From a virus: 64,000 nt of DNA. Every line of letters begins with the position of its first letter. Position 1 is the first letter of the stretch. The stretch is taken from IMG/VR virus record IMGVR_UViG_3300037606_000123, positions 1-64,000 of that record; one strand, given 5' to 3'. The position numbers were made by a program, and so were the translations under genes. The notes beneath the pieces are model-generated. The model had not been told where the DNA came from. It saw nothing but the letters and a program-made list of their open reading frames with translations, and did not search any database. Below are positions 30,081 to 38,733 of this stretch, piece after piece.

Positions 30081-30504
30081 AAAATGTATTTACGTTTCAA
30101 ATACTAAGCAGGTTTAGTTGCAGACTTTCCTTCTTCTGAATGATTCTTTTTTTATACATACGTCTACATATAATGGCATGTTATTCCAGTTTTCAACACT
30201 AAGCCAAAGTGTTATCAATCATCTTAAATATAGTTTACAATCTATACAATATTTTTTAATATAAGTTATTAAATTATCAATTTCAACATTAAATAATTCA
30301 TTTTTAAATGTTAATCTATTATTTAATTCATGATCATTTTTTAATTTTAAACCAGATTCTAAAATATCATTTATTAACAATATAGATTTATCTAATTGTA
30401 CGGTTTTAAATTTTAATTATGTTTTTAAATCATAAATTTCTCCATCTAATTCTTCAATATAATTAATTAATTCTTCATTTGATAATGTATTTAAAATTAA
30501 TTTA

Positions 30505-31170
30505 TTATATTTCTTCATTTTGTTTATCTTCTTCTGTAAATTTTGTTTCTTCTGTAAATTCCGTCATATATGAATAATCTGTAGAATATGCACCAATATT
30601 TTCTACACTATAAATAGTCATATCTATTTTATAACCAGGGTTTTTATCTATTCTATTATATGTCCATGATTTATCCATCCAAATAATTCTATTATTTGGG
30701 TAAATAAAATAATTACCATTATCCATTTTAAATACATGTCCACATTTATGTTCAGGCGTTTCAGAAAAATTTGTATCGATCATATTTCTATCCTGATGCG
30801 ACCAATCTAATGTAAATAAATATACACCTTGTCTTTTTACATTAGTTATTGATATTAAATCTGCTCTCAATCCACTCAATCTTTCTCTTACGTTAACTGC
30901 AATATATGAACTAAAACAATCCCAATAAATATATTCGCTCAGTGGTAAAATTTCAGCATCTTTTTTCCAAACAAATGCATGTATTGGTCTTCTTGTCCAA
31001 TTAACACCATTTTCTAGAAATCCTTCAAATAAGGGTATTCTTTTTTCTATTGAGGCAACAGAATGAACATCAACTAATGTAAATTCTTTATGACCTTTTT
31101 CATTGTTAAATAAAAATTCATTTCTTATAAAACATGTAATTGTTGGTATGTTTGCATTTAAATACGACAT
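30505..31170 (-). CDS. Conserved phage protein of unknown function
   Basis: MSYLNANIP..RRPIHAF..WDCFS..YLFTLDW..EHKCGH..PNNRIIW. Confidence 0.8.
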   Translation of the reverse strand: MSYLNANIPTITCFIRNEFLFNNEKGHKEFTLVDVHSVASIEKRIPLFEGFLENGVNWTRRPIHAFVWKKDAEILPLSEYIYWDCFSSYIAVNVRERLSGLRADLISITNVKRQGVYLFTLDWSHQDRNMIDTNFSETPEHKCGHVFKMDNGNYFIYPNNRIIWMDKSWTYNRIDKNPGYKIDMTIYSVENIGAYSTDYSYMTEFTEETKFTEEDKQNEEI

Positions 31171-31409
31171 TATCTTACTTAGTTATTTTTTTTATTATTT
31201 ATAAACACATACGTACATACATAAAATATATTACCTTTTTACAAGATTCAAACATGTTTAAACTCTCATCTAAGAAACATGGTAATTTATTTAATTACGT
31301 ATGTACGTATATAGTTAATCCAAAATATACATTCTTAGCAGTTATTTCAAGAATAACATTCACTAAAGGGATATTAACTATTTGTTTATTTTGTTTGTAA
31401 TTAAAAAAA

Positions 31410-32155
31410 AAAAATCAATCTTGGTAGTTGCTAAAGCTACATATTTTAAATCAAGCCCTGACCGCATTATCTCTTTAAAAACAGTCTACCTCCTGAAAGC
31501 TTACTGTTAAATCTGAAATACCTTATAATAAACAACATCTTTTAGCAGATTGTAACAAAAGGATTTGGGCTTTTTATGTGGTCGCGTCACTTGTTAAATC
31601 CTCACCTTTCCAATTCCGTATACAGATCTCCTAAAGATCTGTTGCATATATTGTTAGTCACTGTTTATTATAAACAAGATTAATTTTAATGTTTTATGTA
31701 AACAATTTCCATCTCATTTCGAGTTCGTCTTTAGTTTACACTGGTTTAAACGTTTAACCTTAATCTAAGACACACTTTGATTAGTAAATAATATAAACTC
31801 TACAAAGTTGTACCTTGACATAACAAAACTATTATAGGCTTATGTTTAAGTTCTGTTTCTTACGTGTTATAGCTTCAAATATACACCCACAATTGGATAA
31901 AGTTTAATATTTTTTTATTATTAATTTTTTACTAGATAATTCTTTTAATAACTAAAGATATAATACTCACATATTCTTATTACACCCCACGTCATTAATG
32001 ACAGAATTATTACTTTTAAATTGAAATTTATATTTTTCATTTCATTAAATTATGTTTTCCTACTCATAAGGCTTTTCAGAATACTCCCCGTTTTTTAAGT
32101 GTTTTCTGGTCTTCACTTTTTAAAATTATGTATTCATTAGATTACAAATAATTAA
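31410..32155 (-). ncRNA. Candidate large ornate ncRNA (ROOL/GOLLD size class), boundaries approximate
   Basis: ~750 nt without a long ORF in a tRNA cluster; own TATATTTG promoter (32166-32173); many short and long-range helices; ends in hairpin plus T-tract. Confidence 0.65.
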
Positions 32156-32220
32156 TTTTACAAAACAAATATACATATAATATTTTAATAATAAAAACAA
32201 TTATTAATATTTATTTTTTG

Positions 32221-32303
32221 TACTCTTAGCAAGACTCGAACTTGCACTCTCTTGCGAGAACCGGGTTCTAAAGCCGGGGTGTCTACCATTCCACCATAAG
32301 AGC
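32221..32303 (-). tRNA. tRNA-Leu(UAG)
   Basis: GCTCTTA/TAAGAGT, A73, GGTAGAC D-loop, TT-TAG-AA loop, V-arm TTCTC-GCAA-GAGAG. Confidence 0.92.
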
Positions 32304-32394
32304 ATTTGGGTAGAACCAAACGCGTTTTGTCTACCGAGACCTTGTCGTTAAATTATTACTAACCAGAGCGAAACAAGACACAGTTTTAATATTG

Positions 32395-32468
32395 TAGTGC
32401 TAACAGGACTCGAACCTGTGACATTCTCGGTATCAGCGAGATACTCTAACCAACTGAGTTATAGCACT
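32395..32468 (-). tRNA. tRNA-Ile(GAU)
   Basis: AGTGCTA/TAGCACT, TCTCG-CTGATAC-CGAGA, ACAGG-TTCGAGT-CCTGT. Confidence 0.95.
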
Positions 32469-32472
32469 ATGT

Positions 32473-32590
32473 ATTAGAGATTTGGTATTTTAGCACTCTA
32501 ATGTTAAAAGTAATACCTTAACTTTTGCTACCATTCATCATGTTTCAGATCATGCAATGGTTGTTATTTTATTATCTGAGTCAAATAACA
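32473..32590 (-). ncRNA. Four-hairpin spacer RNA with two putative kissing-loop pairs
   Basis: Loops TCAGAT/ATCTGA and GGTATT/AATACC are complementary between adjacent hairpins. Confidence 0.55.
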
Positions 32591-32604
32591 AACTTCTGAT
32601 AGGT

Positions 32605-32727
32605 TGTTGTTGATAGGATTCGAACCTATAATAGTACCATACTCTTTGTATCAAAACAAATACACAGATTTGAACTGTGATAATCAGTCTCTTAGACCGA
32701 CCTGTCTACCAGTTTCAGCACAACAAC
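32605..32727 (-). tRNA. tRNA-Leu(AAG)-like gene with a 54-nt variable region (non-canonical or pseudo)
   Basis: GTTGTTG/CAACAAC, CTG-AAACTGGTAGA-CAG, TCGGT-CTAAGAG-ACTGA, ATAGG-TTCGAAT-CCTAT. Confidence 0.75.
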
Positions 32728-32814
32728 GATTTATTAGTCTATCCTAATAGTCATTAGAATTCATTTTCACCTTAAAGTGGAACATCTAATCAACACACTC
32801 GTTTTTTTATTTTG

Positions 32815-32903
32815 TTGTATTGACAAGATTCGAACTTGCATAATGTCTGTCCTCAGTATCAAAACCTACTAACAAACCGCGTCACCAATTGCACCACAAT
32901 ACA
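32815..32903 (-). tRNA. tRNA-like gene with an extended anticodon arm (isotype undetermined)
   Basis: Intact acceptor TGTATTG/CAATACA, D-arm and T-arm; stem GTTTG/CAGAC encloses 23 nt. Confidence 0.7.
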
Positions 32904-32953
32904 AAGAACAATAGTTTTTTGTTCTATTTTACCATTCATTAAATATTCTATTG

Positions 32954-33261
32954 TACACCAGACGGGACTTGAACCCGTACGCCTTTTAGGGGCAAGGGAT
33001 TTTCATACCACTATAGTTTTCACTACCAACGGACTGTTGTTTGTGGTCTGGACTATCTCTCAATCATGTCGTATAAATACGATTTAGACCACTCCCGTTT
33101 AGTCTCTACACGTTCACCACTATTTTCATAGTTTAGCTTCGCTCGGGATTGCCATTTTAAAGGGTTCCCCGAATTTGAGAGTGTATGCATTTATATCTTT
33201 TCAAATATAACGCTCAATTTTTATTTAAGTCCCTCATGTCTACCAATTCCATCACCGGTGC
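32954..33261 (-). tRNA. tRNA-Leu(UAA) interrupted by a group I intron
   Basis: Exons 33261-33227 and 33003-32954 join to AGGGA-CTTAAAA-TCCCT; GCACCGG/CTGGTGT acceptor, A73. Confidence 0.93.
33004..33226 (-). ncRNA. Group I self-splicing intron (IC3-like, trnL-UAA type), 223 nt, no ORF
   Basis: Inserted after U34; P AATTCGGGGAAC, Q AATCCCGAGC, R GTGTAGAGACTAAACGG, S AGAGATAGTCC; terminal G. Confidence 0.9.
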
Positions 33262-33344
33262 ATTTGTTATAAACTATCCTCAAATACTTCACGGTTTATT
33301 ATCCGTTTCATTATATTGTGTCCTATAACATTTTTTATTTAATC

Positions 33345-33360
33345 CAATACGTCAAAGATC
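33345..33360 (-). promoter_or_regulatory. boxA-like antitermination element upstream of the tRNA array
   Basis: GATCTTTGACGTATTG; related GTTCTTTGA lies just 5' of tmRNA. Confidence 0.5.
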
Positions 33361-33369
33361 GTTTATCTT

Positions 33370-33600
33370 TTAATCTTTATAGTTCTTTAATTTACAACAA
33401 CGAGCATCATTAAATGAGATGTTATTTTTTCTTGCAAAATTAGAACGCACTCTATCAGAATTGTTATAACCATCTTCTGCATAAACTAATGCTTCTTTGG
33501 TTCTGTTTGCATCTGATGCTACAAACATTGTTTGTTTTACTTTACTTCTGTCTAAAATATCTAATAATTTACAGACAGGTATAATATTTGCAATACTCAT
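33370..33600 (-). CDS. Small hypothetical protein leading the tRNA operon
   Basis: 76 aa, downstream of a minus-strand TATATTTG promoter near 33626-33633. Confidence 0.55.
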   Translation of the reverse strand: MSIANIIPVCKLLDILDRSKVKQTMFVASDANRTKEALVYAEDGYNNSDRVRSNFARKNNISFNDARCCKLKNYKD

Positions 33601-33914
33601 ATTTTATTTTATTTATTTTATAAAACAAATATAAGTATTTTTTTTTAATTATAAAAGCATTTAAAAAATAATAATAAAAAAAAATTGGACTCATATTTCT
33701 ATGGTCCAATTTAATTTATATTTTTTAAATAAATTTAACCCATAGTTTTTTTAGTACATAATAAAATTGTGCACATGCTAATTGTAAGGGTTAATATTTT
33801 ATTTATATTTTTCATAATAGTTATATGTTATATATATGTAAAAGTTTACTCTTCTTTTTAATATTATTTGAAAAATATATAATATATAATATAAATTATA
33901 AATGCATAATTATA

Positions 33915-34484
33915 ATGTCTAAATATATTTTTAATAAATTAATAAACAACAATGTTAAAATAACAAATACAGTAACTGGTGATATATCATTCTTATCACC
34001 AGATAAGAATGTTTCGTTATTAAATAAACATATAAATAATATAAATACATATATTATTGAAATTTCTACTAGTAGTGATAATAAAAAAATGTATGATAAA
34101 ATAATTATTCCATATAATGAAATAGATTTATTATCATCTGTACCGACATTTGTTGCAACAACACCCGAAGATTTTATTACTGAATTAAATACAAAATATT
34201 TTTTTGTAGTAGTTAACATTTCAATTGATTCTATTTCAGTTAATACAGGACATCTTAGAGTACCTAATATAATTAGGACTAATGGTATAGGTATTATTAA
34301 TAGTATAGTGTATGATTTTACTGTTGCTAATGTTGGAAATTTAAATGGTTTTATTCTAAATAATATTATAAAACCTGGAGAATCTCTTAGTTTCGAAGCT
34401 GGTGCTATAAATAACTATTATGCAAGTAATATTATTGTATATGATGGAACAGATACAGAATTGATAATTATATATAACAATTAA
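33915..34484 (+). CDS. Probable virion structural protein
   Basis: ORF 33825..34484; MSKYIF likely start. Confidence 0.6.
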   Translation: MSKYIFNKLINNNVKITNTVTGDISFLSPDKNVSLLNKHINNINTYIIEISTSSDNKKMYDKIIIPYNEIDLLSSVPTFVATTPEDFITELNTKYFFVVVNISIDSISVNTGHLRVPNIIRTNGIGIINSIVYDFTVANVGNLNGFILNNIIKPGESLSFEAGAINNYYASNIIVYDGTDTELIIIYNN

Positions 34485-34487
34485 ATT

Positions 34488-34895
34488 ATGAGCACAAATA
34501 TATCTATAAAATTAAATAAGGGGTTTATAGCAGTTGAAAATTATGATGCATTACCATCTGTTGTTACTAATATTAATGGACATTATTGGGTTATTGCTAG
34601 TCAAGGAATAGCCTGGTTACCGTATTCAGTAGGTGGTACATATCACCCAAAAGGTATTTATTTTTCTGATGGTTTCACATGGACACATATAGATACACCG
34701 TTTCAAGCAACACAAGGAGAAGTAAATATTGGATTGAATGATGACAAATTTTTAACACCTTCAACATTCAATGAGTCTGCATTAATAAAGTCTAAAGTGA
34801 ATATAGCAACAAATCAAATTTTTTTAATTGATCAAGCTGCAATATTAATAAAAAATCAACGAATATTTGTTGATTTTTTAACAAAAATACAATAA
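34488..34895 (+). CDS. Probable tail-fibre-associated protein
   Basis: GTYHPKGIYFSDGFTW; ATQGEVNIG..LTPS. Confidence 0.55.
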   Translation: MSTNISIKLNKGFIAVENYDALPSVVTNINGHYWVIASQGIAWLPYSVGGTYHPKGIYFSDGFTWTHIDTPFQATQGEVNIGLNDDKFLTPSTFNESALIKSKVNIATNQIFLIDQAAILIKNQRIFVDFLTKIQ

Positions 34896-34985
34896 ATAAA
34901 TAAATAATATTTGTTGATTTTATAACATAAACGCATTAAATAAATAATATATAAATATACAAATAATAAATAAACAAATAAATAA

Positions 34986-35192
34986 ATGCCAACAATAGAA
35001 GAAGCAATTATAAATTTAACCACAGAAACAACGGCATTATTAGATGCAGTTAATATTTCAAAATTAACGATAGAGTCTAATATTGCTGCAGCTGTTTTAG
35101 TTTCAACAAATGCTGCAATCGAACCATTGTTTGTTGTATCAACTAATCTTATAAATACACAAGCATTACTTGTAACGTTTATTAGTTTATAA
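34986..35192 (+). CDS. Small helical protein
   Basis: MPTIEEAIINLTTETTALLDAV resembles the N-terminus of the next gene. Confidence 0.65.
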   Translation: MPTIEEAIINLTTETTALLDAVNISKLTIESNIAAAVLVSTNAAIEPLFVVSTNLINTQALLVTFISL

Positions 35193-35210
35193 AAAATAAA
35201 TAAAATAAAT

Positions 35211-35810
35211 ATGTCAACTACAGAACAATTATTAGCAGATTTAACCACAGCAACAACTTTATTAACAAATGCAGTTGCCGTACAACAAATAGCAGTAAAT
35301 GATGCAGTTTCACAATTTGCTTCTGTAATTAATAAAGTTAATACAGAATTGAATTATGTAGATAATACATCAGATGCAAACAAATCTGTTAGTAATGCAA
35401 CAACAGAAGCATTATCTTTTAAACAGAACACACTTGTGTCTGGCGTAAACATAAGTACGGTCAACGGTTTATCTATATTAGAAGGTCAACCATTAGTAAT
35501 AGAAAGAAGTGCAACATCACTCGTAAGTCTTGAATACGATAATAGAGATACTTTAAGATTAGAACCTTTGTTACCAAGCATATTAGATGATTCTGTTGTT
35601 GTTGAAGGTATTGGTTTATTAATGTTTGTGACAACACAGCTTGAACCAGATGATGATGAAACATGTTTTACGTCATTGATAGGACAATGGTTATTATCTG
35701 TTCCTGCACCAGATTTATTAGACGCTTGGGCAACCGATGAAAGACATTTTAACGATGAACTTGACGAAGATGAAGTAACAAGATTATCAACAAGTTTTGT
35801 TGGTTTATAA
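35211..35810 (+). CDS. Probable tail-fibre-associated protein
   Basis: LNYVDNTSDANKSVS..KQNTLVSGVNISTVNGLSILEG fibre-type motif. Confidence 0.65.
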   Translation: MSTTEQLLADLTTATTLLTNAVAVQQIAVNDAVSQFASVINKVNTELNYVDNTSDANKSVSNATTEALSFKQNTLVSGVNISTVNGLSILEGQPLVIERSATSLVSLEYDNRDTLRLEPLLPSILDDSVVVEGIGLLMFVTTQLEPDDDETCFTSLIGQWLLSVPAPDLLDAWATDERHFNDELDEDEVTRLSTSFVGL

Positions 35811-35833
35811 AAAAAAAATATAAAAATATAAAA

Positions 35834-37915
35834 ATGAGATTATCAACAAGAAGATTATTAACAGCAGTTAAATCGGGATTAGTCCTTGGTCCAGAATTAG
35901 AAACAAGGTTGTTAGATGCAGGTGTTAAATCTGGATTTTTAGAAGCACTTTCAATGCGTAGTGAAACTAAAAGTTTGGCTGCTAATCCGGTAGCAATAAC
36001 GGCTATTGTAGCAAGTCCGATAGCAACAGATTCAGTTTTTGGAGCAGCTAGTATAAATAATTCAACAGCTGCACAAGCAATGGCTGCTAGTCCTGTAGCA
36101 ATGCTTAATGTAACGCTTAACTTGCCAACTTTAACTAAAATTATAAACAATCAGGTGGCGTGGAATATATACTTACAAAGCCCTTATGCTGTAGATAATA
36201 TCGGTTATGCTGCTGCTGTTTTTGCTGGATTAAATTTAATAACATATCCAGATAGAACTTTTGTATTTGCAGACACTGTAGCAATGGCACAAATCATAGC
36301 TAGTACTAATGCAATTAGATCTGTTATTGAAGATGATGATTTAGTTTTAAGAACATCAGTCAATAGTATTGGTATGGAGTTAGTAGCTACAAATGCAACC
36401 GCTTTAAGTTATATAACAAATTCTCAAAGAGGTATGAGTGCTTGTGCAAACAGTGCTATAGCTATGTTTGAATTATCTTCAAAGTCATTGGCTATAGTTG
36501 CTATATCTAATAGTAAAATAGCAGTAGATACAATATATGCTAATAGTGTTGCAAGAGCTTCTTACAAAGCAAGTGCATTCTTTGTAGCAAATTTAAAAAA
36601 CACAATTGCAAACCTAGCAGGAATTAACCCATTGTCCTTTCCAACAATTGACGATATTATAAATAATAATATTGCATTAACTGCGGTTAACGCAAATGAA
36701 GGTGCATCAGAAGCATTATCTTCAAGTAGTGCTGCAATGCTAACATTAGGGACAAGTGCTAATCTTTCTATTGTAACAGGTAATACAGTTATTATGGCAG
36801 CCTTGGCAAGTAATAATACTGCAATGGTTAATATAGCTACAAGTACAAACTTTGCACTTGTGAAAGGCAATGCAGTAATAATGACTGCTCTTGCAGGTAA
36901 TTCAGCAGGCGTAACAGCGTTATCTACCCACGCTAATTTAACACTTGCCATTAATGACCCTATTGGAATGGCTAAATTATCAGCTAATTCTATATCAGTT
37001 GGAATCTTAGTAGGAGCTACTTCAACAGTTGGAGTAAGAGATATTATATTTAACTCTGAAACAGCGATGGTATCAGTGTCTAACAATACTGTATCAATCA
37101 ATGCTATTAATGCAAACGCTACAAGATGGACGGAATTTAAAGAAAGCCCTTATTATGAAGACAATGCTTTTGCAATAACTTATAATCTTGCAGGTATAAC
37201 TCTTATAATGTCAACTTTTACTCAAATGATAGCTAAAGCATCAGCTTTAACATTAGTAAATGCAAACGCAGGAGCATCAGAAGTACTAGCAACTAATTCA
37301 GATGCAATGCTTACCCTTGCTACAAGTGCAAACTTTGGTATAGTAGTTGGAAATAGTTTAATTATGACAGGATTCGTTACAAATGCAGCAGCACTTACAG
37401 CGCTTGGAGGACATTCAAATATTAATGTAGCAATAGGAAATGCTGTAGCAATTGGATTAATAGTTAATTCAGCACCAGCAATGGCAAGTTATGTTGCAAA
37501 TAATACAATCCTTGCATCACTGTTTGCTAGTTCAGTAGCTAAAACAGCTATATTTACTTCTACTGTAACAGTAGCAGCATTAGCTGCATCAGCATCAGCT
37601 GTTACATATTTGAAATCTATCCAAACATTATTATTATCATCAACTACCCCAACAGCTGGGAATTGGGTTTCATTTGGAACTGGAGTACCAGCTAAAATAT
37701 TAATGGTAACTTACAGACAACAGGGAATTGGTGCAATTGAAACACCAATTAGATTCCGTTCCCCAGAGGGTCCACAATTAAGTATGGTAGGTACAGCAGC
37801 AATTGGTGATCAGATTGGTAGAACACATATTGGTGCTTATAGTAACTTAGAATTTAATACTACTGCTATTAGTGCAATCACAGGATCAGGTATTGGTTAC
37901 ATAAGCATGCTATAA
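35834..37915 (+). CDS. Ala-rich repeat protein, probable virion component
   Basis: 693 aa; repeated NANxGASExL..AMLTL.TSAN modules. Confidence 0.7.
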   Translation: MRLSTRRLLTAVKSGLVLGPELETRLLDAGVKSGFLEALSMRSETKSLAANPVAITAIVASPIATDSVFGAASINNSTAAQAMAASPVAMLNVTLNLPTLTKIINNQVAWNIYLQSPYAVDNIGYAAAVFAGLNLITYPDRTFVFADTVAMAQIIASTNAIRSVIEDDDLVLRTSVNSIGMELVATNATALSYITNSQRGMSACANSAIAMFELSSKSLAIVAISNSKIAVDTIYANSVARASYKASAFFVANLKNTIANLAGINPLSFPTIDDIINNNIALTAVNANEGASEALSSSSAAMLTLGTSANLSIVTGNTVIMAALASNNTAMVNIATSTNFALVKGNAVIMTALAGNSAGVTALSTHANLTLAINDPIGMAKLSANSISVGILVGATSTVGVRDIIFNSETAMVSVSNNTVSINAINANATRWTEFKESPYYEDNAFAITYNLAGITLIMSTFTQMIAKASALTLVNANAGASEVLATNSDAMLTLATSANFGIVVGNSLIMTGFVTNAAALTALGGHSNINVAIGNAVAIGLIVNSAPAMASYVANNTILASLFASSVAKTAIFTSTVTVAALAASASAVTYLKSIQTLLLSSTTPTAGNWVSFGTGVPAKILMVTYRQQGIGAIETPIRFRSPEGPQLSMVGTAAIGDQIGRTHIGAYSNLEFNTTAISAITGSGIGYISML

Positions 37916-37951
37916 TTATAATTTAAAATACAGAATTATTGATCTTTAAAT

Positions 37952-37987
37952 AAACACATCAAATAAAATATTTTATTTGATGTGTTT
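37952..37987. terminator. Intrinsic terminator
   Basis: 17-bp inverted repeat AAACACATCAAATAAAA/TTTTATTTGATGTGTTT. Confidence 0.75.
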
Positions 37988-38098
37988 ATATTTATGTACT
38001 CATAAAACAATTACAGTATTTTATTATAATTGTTAAAAAAAATATAAATAATATTTAATATATAATATTATAATAAGAAAAAATTAACTAATAACAAC

Positions 38099-38662
38099 AT
38101 GGCATTACCACATTTTAATACCGTATTATCACATAATACAAATGCTGAACCTATTTATAAAGCATTATTTGAATTAACATTTGATTTACCTCCAGTTTTA
38201 GGTCGTTCTATAACTGATGTACAATTGATGTTAGAGAATGCTCGAAATATAATGTTACCATTAACACCAGATATTGAAGTACAAGTACAACGTTTTAAAT
38301 TTAGTACAAGAGCTTATGTAACATTACCATCAGAAACACATATTGCTGATTTATCTATCAATTTTAATTTAAATGAAAATGATAGAAACGCAGTATTTGT
38401 ATGGAATATATTAAAATCATGGTACGATTTAGCATGGAATTCACAAACAGGTGAAACACATACTAAAACAGAAATGGTTGGAAATATTATAGTAAATCAC
38501 CATAATAAAAAAGGACAAGTTATTAGACGTGTTACTTATCGTAATGTACAAATTGTTGGTGTAAGTGAAATCGAATTAAATTGGGACTCTCCAACAGACA
38601 TATTAGAATGTTCTGGTAAATTTATCGCAGATTACTGGGAAGATTTATATATTGATCAATAA
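38099..38662 (+). CDS. Tail tube protein (T4 gp19-like)
   Basis: MALPHF..EPIYKALFELTF..QRFKFSTRAY..WYDLAWNSQTG..GQVIRRVTY. Confidence 0.8.
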   Translation: MALPHFNTVLSHNTNAEPIYKALFELTFDLPPVLGRSITDVQLMLENARNIMLPLTPDIEVQVQRFKFSTRAYVTLPSETHIADLSINFNLNENDRNAVFVWNILKSWYDLAWNSQTGETHTKTEMVGNIIVNHHNKKGQVIRRVTYRNVQIVGVSEIELNWDSPTDILECSGKFIADYWEDLYIDQ

Positions 38663-38733
38663 TCAGCAATATATTTTCTTAAACAAATTTAAATAAAAAG
38701 GTATAATAATAAAATGTTATACCTTTTTTATTT

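Noticed and set aside
30105-30135. RNase P RNA (AAGGAAAGTC resembles CR-I; AAACCTGCTTA resembles CR-V)
   Set aside because: The two motifs are adjacent with no room for the catalytic and specificity domains, and the P4 pairing is poor.
32341-32377. Hammerhead ribozyme on the plus strand (CTTGTC...GAAACAAG)
   Set aside because: Lacks CUGANGA and stem II, and is antisense to the tRNA operon.
32304-32394. HDV-like (theta) ribozyme at a tRNA 3' end
   Set aside because: No P2 partner, no P1.1-compatible L3, and not abutting the tRNA 3' end.
32836-33087. ORF-track CDS (83 aa, plus strand)
   Set aside because: Antisense to tRNAs and the intron.
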